In this document: piece after piece, positions 47,801-59,800 of the stretch
Position numbering within the stretch: the stretch's first letter is position 1
Layout: each line of letters opens with the position of its first letter
Source of the DNA: Squalus acanthias
Lineage: Eukaryota
Assembly: GCA_030390025.1 (NCBI GenBank)
Contig: CM059431.1
Coordinates: forward strand, 111,540,001 to 111,604,000
Direction of reading: 5' to 3'
Length of the DNA stretch: 64,000 bases
Notes under the pieces: model-generated
Database searches by the model: none
Told to the model about the DNA's origin: nothing
Seen by the model: the letters and a program-made list of their open reading frames with translations, nothing else
Position numbers and translations under genes: made by a program

Positions 47801-50800
47801 AGTAGAGAAGTTATGCCGAACCTTTATAAAGCGCTGGTTAGGCCACAACTGGAGTATTGCGTCCAGTTCTGGTCACCACACTTTAGGAAGGATGTGAAGG
47901 CCCTTGAGAGGGTGCAGAGGAGATTTACCAGAATGGTTCTGGGGATGGGGGATCTTAACTACAAGGACAGGTTGGAGAAGCTGGATTTGTTTTCCTTAGA
48001 GCAAAGGAGGTTGAGGGGTGGTTTGATAGAGGTGTACAAGATTATGACGGGTTTGGATAGGCTAGACAGGGAAAGGCTGTTCCCACTAGTTGATGGTACA
48101 AGGACTAGGGGACACAGATTTAAGGTTTTGGGCAAGAGATACAGCGAGGAAAAACTTTTTTACGCAGCGAGTGGTGAGGACCTGGACTCGCTGCCGACGG
48201 AAGTGGTGGAAGTGAAGACACTCAATGTTTTCAAGGGGAGACTGGATAGGCACTTGAGGGAAATAAACTTGCAGGGCTACAGAGATAGAGCGGGGGAATG
48301 GGGCTGACTGGATTGCTCTACAGAGAGCCGGCACAGACCCGATGGGCCGGATGGCCTCCTTCTGTGCCGTTATGACTCTATGGGGGCTAAATTCGGTTGA
48401 TTTGCGCCTCCCGTTAGCGCCCTAAGGGGCGCTATCGGGGGCGCAAATCAACTTGCGCCTGGGCACGGCGCTGCTAACGCCTCCCACGAAATTCAGCAGG
48501 AGGTTAGCGGCGGCACTGTGCCGCCAGCGATGATGTCATCACTGTGCGCAGCACCCCGCTCACGCCTCGGCTGTAATATTGGATGGCGCCCCCCGACTTA
48601 CCGCTGGACGCTATGTCCACTGGGTTCAGGGGGCCTACCTGCGGCCGGGGCGGCGCTAGTTAAAGAGGAGGTAGCGGACGGCCATTTTTGTTGCTGGCCA
48701 CCTGCCAGTACCTGTCCCCGTTGCTGTCCCCGGCCCCCGTGAAGCCCCCCCCACGGGGTGCCGGCTGCTCTCTGTCAGCCCGAGTGCCGGGCTCGTTTGC
48801 CAGCACTCCCGATCCTTGGTGGCCCAGCTGGGCGCCGGGACACACTGTGCCAGGCCCCTCCCCTTTAATAAGGGGGCGCTACCCAATTTTTACCCCAATG
48901 ACTCTATGAATCCACAGTGATGTACTGTACAGGCCCAACCTCTTGCTATCAGATGGAAATGCCGATAGCACGCCACACAACAATGTTATGGTTTAACGTT
49001 GGCGACCACACATGAATTCAAACTGAGTAAACTGCCACTGCTTCAGGTCATGCACCAAGTAAAGGGTTTATTTCGGGGTTAAGCACAACAATGTAAATAA
49101 ACGTCATGCCACTGAATTTCAGCTCAGGCGCCTTTCAATTCATGATAAGCCACCTATTTATACCGAGTTGCTTTCTGCAGCTTTACTGGAACAGTGTTAT
49201 ACCCCATGTACCCATCTCAATGTGTGAATGCTGATTACAACCTCAAATAATTGGTATCATGCAGTCCCAATTCCATCTGTCTTCGTTTCATCTGCAGGTG
49301 ATATGCTCAGTGCTATTGATTTACATGGGATGCCCACGACTATTACCAAGAAACATGCACTCTGCGACTGGGCACTGCACAAAAACAAGTCCACCCAGTC
49401 TTTATTTGTAAGAACTATATGGTTAAGAATTTATTACTCCTGCTTTCCTGTTGCTAAATTTAGTCCCTCTGATTTTGGCATTTGGAACAGAGCGGAGATA
49501 CTGACTAAGAGTTCTGAACTGTGGCACTAGGAACACAATCTTAATAAGCTGGCAGATCTGGCCTCCCAATGGCACAGCATGATGATTAATTAAGCGCTGT
49601 ACCTCGAGTGGCAGAACTGAAGTTTTCCTCTACAATTATCCACATGATGCATTTCTAATTTCAGTCAGAACATCGCAGGAAAACATGGCAGAGAGGAGGC
49701 ATAATTTGGAGGTGGCATTGTGTAATGGAGGCATGGCACAGAGGAGGCATGATATGGTGAGGAGGCACGGTCATGGACAAAGCATGGCAAGGATAGTATA
49801 GTTTAAAGGAAGTATGATGTGAAGGAGGCATGGCAGGAAGAGACTCAGTTCAGAGGAGGTTTGGGTGGAGGAGACAGTTCGGAGGAGGTTTGGGTGGAGG
49901 AGACAGTTTGGAGGAGGTTTGGGTGGAGGAGGCAGTTCGGAGGAGGTTTGGGTGGAGGAGACACAGTTCGGAGGAGGTTTGGGTGGAGGAGACACAGTTC
50001 GGAGGAGGTTTGGGTGGAGGAGGCAGTTAGGAGGAGGTTTGGGTGGAGGAGGCACAGTTCGGAGGAGGTTTGGGTGGAGGAGGCAGTTTGGAGGAGGTTT
50101 GGGTGGAGGAGACAGTTAGGAGGAGGTTTGGGTGGAGGAGACAGTTAGGAGGAGGTTTGGGTGGAGGAGACACAGTTTGGAGGAGGTTTGGGTGGAGGAG
50201 ACACAGTTTGGAGGAGGTTTGGGTGGAGGAGACACAGTTTGGAGGAGGTTTGGGTGGAGGAGACACAGTTCGGAGGAGGTTTGGGTGGAGGAGACACAGT
50301 TCGGAGGAGGTTTGGGTGGAGGAGACTCAGTTCGGAGGAGGTTTGGGTGGAGGAGGCAGTTCGGAGGAGGTTTGGGTGGAGGAGACACAGTTCGGAGGAG
50401 GTTTGGGTGGAGGAGGCAGTTCGGAGGAGGTTTGGGTGGAGGAGACAGTTCGGAGGAGGTTTGGGTGGAGGAGACAGTTCGGAGGAGGTTTGGGTGGAGC
50501 ATGCTTAGAGTGGAAAACAAGAGCTTTACGAGTGAGGGGAAAGAAAAAAAACTTCAACTTTGCTCCTAACACAGCTCCTAGTCACAGGATGATGGCTATT
50601 ACAACACAGAAGGAGGCCGTTCGGCCCATCGCTAGCTCTTCAACTAGAACTATCTACTCTACTCCCATTTCACAGCTCTTTCTCTGTATCCTTTTATATG
50701 CTTCCTCATAAAAATCATCTTGGCTGAAGAACAGCAACCAAAGAATGGTGTGAGCTGCTGATCAAAGACGAGAAGAAACATTTCCAGATGGATTTGGAAC

Positions 50801-53800
50801 GATAAATTTAAATAAAAACAGCAGTAGGGCTTTATAAAAATATTTTCACTGGGCTGCTAGCATCATTTGTCGGATATTTTTCCTAAGTCTGAACTATACC
50901 ATGATGTTATGAACTGCGTCTAAGTTACAGCGTACCAAGAGGTGCATCACAAGAAGCTGGTCACCAAGGAAAGGTTGTCGCTCAGGTTTGTTGCCTATTT
51001 CACTGTGCACACATACTACACTAAAAACAAATTCCCTGTCTATGAGTTCAAACAATGAGTAGCATTAGGTGGGTCAGAGGGAGTCTTCAGATGATGTTTG
51101 TTTAGGAAGTGCTTGGATATGCAGGGGAGCTACGTGCTAGTCTGGGCTGATCTGAGGATAAGAAACAAGCCTGTTTATTCTCAACCACATTGAATGAAAC
51201 ATTGAGGAGAATTTCCAAGCCTGAGGCAGTGTGGGACTTCAGGAGTGGCCAAAGCCAGTTTTAAACTCAGGGTGCAAGTGGGACATTCTGCTTGTACAGT
51301 CTTGCAAACTGTCTCAAGAAGGTAGAGGCCACAGCAACACAGGTGAAGCTCAGGAGACCATGGGGTAGATGTTCAGCTTGCTGCCCGGGTGTAAAACTGG
51401 CATTGCAGATCGGCCATGCATTATAGAATCCCCCCGATTTTCATTCCATTCATTTCAGTAACGGGCGGACAATTCGCAATGCCAGTTGGATGCCCGGGCA
51501 GCAAGCTGAAAATCTGCCCTCAACATTCAGGGATATGGAGTGTGTAGTCAGGGCAATAGACAGGGAGTGAGCAGTGAACATTCTTGTCCATTCCTGTCAT
51601 ATCAGTTGTTTAAGATGGTGTTGTATAAAGTGTTCAATGTGCCAGCTAGAAACAGTGACTCCTTTCCCAGCATTCTCTTGTATACTGTGGGACAAGGTAC
51701 ATAAGGACCAAACACTACATTCGGGGACATCCTATTTCAACAGAGATGGGCATAAAACCAGCCAACAAGTCACACTAAAATTCAGAACCAAGTCCCATGC
51801 ACCTTACCCGTGAGAAGATATTTTCCAGAGAACTGGTTAAAGATTTCTTCGCCTTGTTTTTCAGCACATCGAGTTTAAACCTGCCCGTGCTCGCCGAGTG
51901 CTCTGGGATCATGTTGTTTGGCACAGGCTTTGGAAAAAAAAAACAGAACCGTTTTGTGGGTGAGCAAGATTTTCAGTAAATCCACTGAAGCAGGTGACCC
52001 AAATAAAGTCAGGCTAACAATGTGAAATACTGGGTGCCAATGCTAGGATCTGCTCCTCTGCTGCCTGAACCATGGCAGAAAGAAAGACGAGACTGCCATT
52101 TACATAGAACCCTCATCAAGTTTCTCAGGACATCTCAAAGCGCTTCAGGCACAATCAATTACTTTGAAGCGCAGTCACAGTTACTATGTGGGTGGCGAAT
52201 GCTCTTGAACTAATTTCCTACATGATTGTATCTGAAATCCTGGCAGCTATGACATGTAACTGGTAGAGGCCATCTTATCATTTGAACAAAACATTATATT
52301 AAAAAATCACAGACATGGGTCACAGTCATCAATGCTTAACTCCACGGTCACAAATTCAAGCCTTTTGCTTTTCCGATGTGAATAAAGACAAGCGCTGTAC
52401 CATCGGGCTCTCTCCAAGGTGGGCGTGGGTCTTCTGTTTGGTCTCGCACATCTGCCTCAGAATGAGAATCACCAGTTCATTCTCATCTTGGTCATCAGCT
52501 GGCTTCATTTTCTGTCGATACAGATAATTCGTTAATATTACTCATGAAGAAGAGTCTCAAAAAGCCGCCTACTAGAGGTCACCAATTGTTCGGTAGTTAT
52601 TTCCCAGTTGTTCTTAAACTGTGAATGGTTTCTGCTGTAATTTGCGGAAGGCATTTTTTTTTAATTGCAATTGTCTTTAGTGACAGTACATGGACATCTG
52701 TTACAATCCCAGTGTGTATGCTACAAAAAACATGGCGCACTATGACAGTGAGTGAACATTGCGGAGTGGTTTGGATAGTGGATGACCTAAAACTGAATCC
52801 AGGAAACGGCTGTGGAGTTAGCAGCCCTAAAATGACAAGACTCCACTCCCGGTGCACAGCCTCACTCAATGGGAATGCAGATCAGAGAATCGAGTGCATA
52901 GGTCATAATATTACACAAATGTAATACAGATCAGCTGCTTTGTGGTACCCATGAGGAGACAGACTAGTTCTCTTTTGGTCTCACCTTCCATTTTGGGAGC
53001 CTTCTACTGTTATTTGAGTGCATACATTATCTCTTTTACACTCTCTACTGGGTGGCTAGGATGGCCTTCTTTGCCCGGGTAGCATATATCACACCACCCG
53101 GGCACTCTCCCAGAGCAGAGTGAGGGCACTTTCCGCATGTGTTTATTCAAGATAATCTGCTAGCTTCTCACACAGGTAGAGAAGAGAGCTGGCACCCTGA
53201 GGAAGGAGGTGTTCAATCACCAACCGTGGTGTCTCCATGGAAGGGAGGATATCTCTTGTGGTGAACAGCAGTCTATAGTCCAACACAAGCTTCCAGTCTG
53301 TACTTGGGACAGCTCCAATTTTGGAACGAAGAATGAATTGATTGTGGAATAGGATCTGTGAGGGTTGAAATAAAGGGTGAAATCATGTCCTTTTGGGTTT
53401 CGTCTTTGGCATAAGACTGGACCCATGTTCTTTACGTTGCTTCTTTAAGTGCCTTTGTCATCTCACTTGAAGCAATCCTGACACTGGTGTTTTATCTGCA
53501 TGTGGGCCCAGTAGACAATCCCCACCAATAATCGTACGGGGGTAAGTTTAGGGGCTAGAGCTAGGAAGGCATCAGTGAAGATGGACAGGGCATCTGTGTT
53601 GAGGGTGTATACATTAAGAAGAATTATTTCTGAATCTTCAGTGAGTCTTTACTAGCAAGCAATGACCTTTCAAAATGAGGCAAAAACTGTAACAAGTACT
53701 GTCATAATTAATTTAGATTATAGTCACAAATTAATGATCGAATCAGAAATTTCAGTTTGATCTTTTATTAAGAGTTAAAGTAACTGTTACAACCCGTGCA

Positions 53801-56800
53801 TAATCTCTGATCCATGTTTATCATGACAACTTCCAATAATCAATATATAACTTTAGTGAGCCCTTTCCGAAGAGGCTTTATATTGTTACCTGGACACGCT
53901 CAAAAATATCGGCTTGCTCATTGTCACTCAAAAGGGAAACGTGCCTCTGTATGGCAAGCTTGGCACGTGGTGGGTAGAGACCTGGAGAAACAGAGGAGTG
54001 TTGATCAATGTTCCAGTTAATTGTTGGATTTGCTTAAACAGGCTGCAATTCTTTCTACTGTTTTGGACTAAACTACTGCAAAATTCAGGCACCTGCTTTA
54101 TACTACCAGTCACATTATGGCATCAAATCTATCATGTAACATCTATCCTTGTTAGGGATGTCTCAAGGTGTAACCTGGTACAGGAAACTCTTTATTAACC
54201 GGCACCGACGGGACCGGCGTGGTGCCGGTTAATCAAAAAGTCCGGATAACGGAGAGTTATATCTCCCAACGTACGAGAGCCCCGTACACATTGACATGCG
54301 CCTGCATTCGGAGCTCCGTCTCCCCGGGGACCGCCAGCTGACCATCTGTCGTGTCCGCTGCCTACCCGGGCTGCACATTCCCCTCCCAATCTACACGCTC
54401 CGATACAAGGCTAACGCCTCGGGGTTTTTTTTAAAGTTAATTTTAAACGAGAGATGAAGGAAAACCCCGGTTATCTACTCAAGAATTTTGCCAGTTAAGA
54501 GAGATTTCCGGATATTTGGGTGCCGGTTAATAAAGAGTTTCCTGTATTATGCAGCAGTGTCTACCATCTACAAGATGCACTGCAGCAAGTCGCTAAGGCT
54601 TCTTCAACAGCACCACCCAAACCCGCAATCCCCACCACCTAGAAAGACATGGGCAGCAGGTACATGGGAACACCATCATCCCCAAGTTCCCCTCCAAGTC
54701 ACACACCATCCTGACTTGGACATGAATCCACGTTTCTTAATTGTCGCTGGGTCAAAGTCCTGGAATTCCCTATCTAACAGCACTGTGGGAGTCGCTTCAC
54801 TACACGGACCGCAGCGGTTCAAGAGGAAGCCCACCACCACCTTCTCAAGGGCAACTGGGGATGGGCAATAAATGCCAGCTTTGCCAGCGATGCCCGCATC
54901 CCGAGAATGAATAATAAAAAAATATGCTGAAAAGCCTTCTCAGTGCTCGCAGGTAGTGTAAACCCAGAAATGTAACCTTATCAGGACAAAAGTGGTTTTT
55001 AGAACGCACTTGCAGGTTTCATACCATTTTCATACTTTATAAACACTCAGAAAATGAAGCACAAATGGAATGTTGGAATCATTTATTTTCAAGGCTCTAC
55101 ACTTGTCTTTAACAAACTTCTCGTAACCTGACCCACATAAACTTCCTGAACAGTGTTATGTTTCTGCTCCAATTTTCTCCCCTCCTCTGCTGAAGACTGA
55201 TGGTGAAGTGACTCATAGGAACAGGCAATTCAGCCCCTTGAGCCTGTTTCGCCAATCAATTAGAAGATCATGGCTGACCTGTAACTCCATTTACCCGCCT
55301 TTGATCAATATCCCTTACCTAACAAAAATCTATCCAGATACGGTCTAACCAGAGCTTTATTTAACTGTAACCTTTCTATTCCACCCTTTTCTATTCCAGC
55401 CCCCTTGAGATAAAGGCAAAAATTCCATTAGCCTTTTAAATTACTTTCTGTACTTGTCTACTAGCTTTTAGTAGTTTCTAAATATGGACCCCTAAATCTC
55501 TCTGCTCGTCCACAGTTCTTAGCTTCCTGCCATTTAGAAAATACTCTGATCTATGTTTCTTAGGTCCAAAGTGGATGACCTCACACTGTCCCACATTGAA
55601 CTCCATCTGCCACAGTTTTGCCCACTCACTTAATCTATCAATGTCCTTTTGCAACTTTCTGCTCCCACCTACACTACTTACTGTGCTACCTAACTAAGCA
55701 TTGCCAACACATCACTTTGAGTTACGTCTCCATGGGCACAGGTGGCCATTCTTTATATTTGAACCCAGACAGTAAGTGTTGGCATGCTATCTGATTAAAA
55801 GAGTATGAGGGAGATGGGGACATTCACTGCTGAGCTCTGTCCTGCCCTCAAGGGTGGTGAGCAGGGGCAGAAGCCCTGGCTGATTTTCAAACATTCCTAG
55901 CCCTGGAACGTAGAGGCATCACCGGTGTCCCAGCTCACAGCAGCCAATCAAGTAAAGTCCAAGAATTAACAGCAGGACCTTCTCATTCTATATGGCCCAA
56001 ATTCATATATGGTGTCTTTACCCAAAGAGTCATTGGCAGAGTGTTCATATTCCTTTTTAATAGTGTTTCGAACTTTTTTACAGCTGAGTACCAGATTTCG
56101 GTTTGTCCCAAAAAGAATTTGTGTTGATATGGTGCCTTTCACATTCTCAAGGCATTCAAAGAGCTTCACAGTCAATCAACTTTCCTTCTGAAGTGTTTTA
56201 AGCGTTCTTATATAGGCAGCCAATTTGTACACAGCAAGTTTGAACAAATAATAAACAAGTGAAATCACCATATATTTTTTTTTAATTCGCTCATGGGATG
56301 TGGGCGTCGCTGGCAAGGCCAGCATTTATTGCCCAACCCTAGTTGCCCTTGAGAAGGTGGTGGTGAGCTGCCTTCTTAAACCGCTGCAGTTTGTGTGGTG
56401 AAGGTGCTCCCACAGTGCTGTTAGGGAGGGAGTTCCAGGATTGTGACCCAGCGATAATGAAGGATCGGTGATATACTTCCAAGTCAGGATGGTGTGTGAC
56501 TTGGAGGGGAACCTGGAGGTGGTGGTGTTCCCATGCGCCTGCTGCTCTTGCTGAGGGAAAATTGTTGGCCAGGACACCGGGAGAACTCCCTTTTTCTTCC
56601 TTGAATAGTGTCATGGGATCTTTTATGTCCACCTGAGCAGAACCCCTGGGCCTCAGTTTTACATCCCATCTGAATGATGACAGCTGGGACAATGCAGCAT
56701 TCCCTCAGTACTGCACTTCCACCAGCTGACCTCTGCATTCCTGGGCTGGGAATATTCAAAGAAAATTGACCTAGATTTTCCTCTACAGTGGAAAGCCTGC

Positions 56801-59800
56801 TGGAACTGTTGCAGGGCAGGTTTTGTGCCCACACGTGGCGGCTGACACTGACCTGGGCGGCTATCCAGGGTTAACTATTTCTGGTAGGATCCCGCTGGTA
56901 TTTTAAGCAATGCCAGGAAGCCTACCTCTGGATGGTGGGCGAGGGCAGGGGATTGGAAGAGTGGAATATTGCCTATGCAAGCCTCAGTCACCTGCAGCAG
57001 TAGAGCAATGGCTGCTTCCAGAGCAGCTGAAGAACTGGACACATATTTGCAACACATTGAAAAAAGCTCTGCTAAGCGAGTGCGATCGATCCCTCCTTGA
57101 GTCACTGGTGAGGGGGAGGGAAGCCATTTAAAACTTGAACCACACCTCCTTAGCAATACTGAATGCCAGAACACAATGGGGATTCCTGACATCGAACATT
57201 ACCAAGGTGTTAATGAAGGATAATATATCAGATAGCCTATTTTCCTCCAACAACGTGCTATTTAAATTCACCCGCCCACATATTTCGTGTCTGCTATCAC
57301 TTCTGGAGGGAAAGCCCAGAAGTGGCAGCGTCCAATGGGGAGCCAGCGTAATGGCGCCCGGCCGATTTCCCGCCTCCATTTTGGAACTGCCCGAAAATGG
57401 GCAGTAAAGGGGAGGAGAACCTCACTCATTCCGATTTAGGAGCAGGGAGAATATTCTACAATATCATTTGCTACGTGCAGATAATTACTGAATCCCAGAG
57501 GTTGCAGCTGGGGTGCACCTAGCTGGCTGGTGCCCCATATTTACCTTCAATCCGTTCACAGAGTTTGTGCAGGTAATGCATGGGACACGCCTCACACAGT
57601 TTAATCTGAGTCTTAGCGTTCTGCAGGGCAGCCGCAGTGCTAAAGGCCTGCTTCAAGGTCAGCATGACTTCATCCACCTGTCAAGGGGCACAGTTCAAAT
57701 GAATCACTGCACAAAGCGAGTATCTACTGCTCAAGAAAGAGCAAAAAGCACACCATCCAACGGCTAACATTTTTTAAACTATAACAACTTGCATTTATAT
57801 AGCGCCTTTAACATTGTAAAACGTCCCAAGGCGCTTCACAGGAGCGATTATCAGACAAAATTTGACACCGAGCCACGTAATGAGATATTGGGACAGATGA
57901 CCAAAAGCTTGGTGAAATAGGGTAGGCTTTAAGAAGCACCGTAAAGAGGAGAGAGAGGTAGCGAGGCGGAGAGGTTTAGGGAGGGGATTCCAAACCCAAC
58001 GGTCTAGGCAGCTGAAAGCACGGCCGCCAATGGTGGAGCGATTAAAATCGGGGATACGCAAGAGGCCAGAATTGGAGGAGCGTAGGAATCTCGAAGGGTT
58101 GTGGGGCTGGAGGAGGTTACAGAGATAAGGAGGGGCGAGGCCATGGAGGGATTTGAAAACAAGGCTGAGAATTTTAAAATCGAGGCGTTGCTGGACCGGA
58201 AACGAATATTGGTCAGCGAACACAGGGGTGATGGGTGACCGGGACTTGGTGCAAGTTAGGATACGGGCAGCAGAGTTTTGGATGAGCTCAAGTTTATGGA
58301 GGGTACAAGCTGGAAGGAGAGCATAAATATAATATCCTTTGGTTTTTCAAAACTATTGAATAATGTGAGTGGATGACAACATTGGGCTCATAGCTGCAAA
58401 GATGCACTGAAACCTGGTAGTTGTGAGGGAATAGCGTTAAAAAAATACAGTTGAAATAATAAAGTCCTGCAGCACATTGGATTAAATACAGCATATATGT
58501 TAGCTTAGCTCTCTCACATAGTCATTCTTTGCCGCTAACTCCCACAAAGATGTCATCAACATTCCCTGTTTAAACGAGCATCAAAAAATAAACAAGGGAG
58601 GAAATCAAACAAATATTCAAGTTAATCATATTAATTCATGACTTATAAAAGAAATCATGATGGTGAGCTCTCATTCCTTTGGAGAGGTTTTTTTGGCTTG
58701 GAGTTCGTCTTTCATTTTTGCCTGGAAACCAGAATTGTCACTTCTGCAAACAGGCAGTTTCTTGTTCGTCAAATGTGCTACTCAACTTGGAGTCCTTCCT
58801 TTGGGAGTAACCATCATGTGAGGAAATGGGTCAGATGATAAGACAATGACAGGACTTTATGTGAAAATAGTCCTGCAGTTAGAGAGACAAAAGCAACCAG
58901 AAGGATGAGTGTAAAACACACACACAAGAACCTGTGCTTGATAGGCTATTGCTTACTGCTAACATGTTCTTTAAAGCACATTTTTTACTTGATTAACTTA
59001 ATTGGAGAAAAAAAGGAAATGGGAAGATGCCAAACTTGGAGGGAACTCTGATTTAATTATCATCCAAAATAGGCCATCTGTGAAATATTTCTTTCTGTAA
59101 AAGTATAGGATAGTCACTAATAAATCCAATAAAGAATTCAGGAGAAAGTGTGGAACTCGCTACCGCATGGAGTAGTTAAGGCGAATAGCATAGATGCATT
59201 TAAGGTGCTGGGTAAGTACATGAGGGAGAAAGGAACAGAAGGATATGCCGATAGGGTTAGATAAAGTAGGGTGGGAGGAGGCTCAAGTGGAGCATAAATA
59301 CCGACATAGACCTGCTGGGCCGAACGGCCTGTGTCTGTGCTGTAAATTCTATGCAATATGTATCTATAAACATACCGATTCATTTCTGGCAATTGTGTAC
59401 TGGATACTAGTGGATCGCCTGTGGCATTGCTCATAGCCAGGACCTGCCGTGTGCTTTCCAATCATTACAGCAGTCCCACTGCAGCTTAAACACAACTGCG
59501 GATTGTCTATCACTGTAGCACAGCAAACTTACCAAAACAATATAAACCACATGACTAAGTAAAATATCACGCACTTACAGATACTGAATGATACAAACCT
59601 AAGCTTTAATATTTGTTGCACTATTTACCAACCACTTTAAAAAAAACTTGTTTAATCTGCAAAAAAAAAATTATTCTCCCCTCCCTTCTATGTACTATGG
59701 TGGACTTGCAGTTTACTTAAGATGCAAGCACTTTATTTATTTGTGTATTCTTCTCTCCACCCTCCACAAAAGTTTCCTTTCCTTTGCTCAGTTGTATATT

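Noticed and set aside
49771..50711. Gly/Pro-rich ORFs on both strands
   Set aside because: By-product of the stop-free minisatellite
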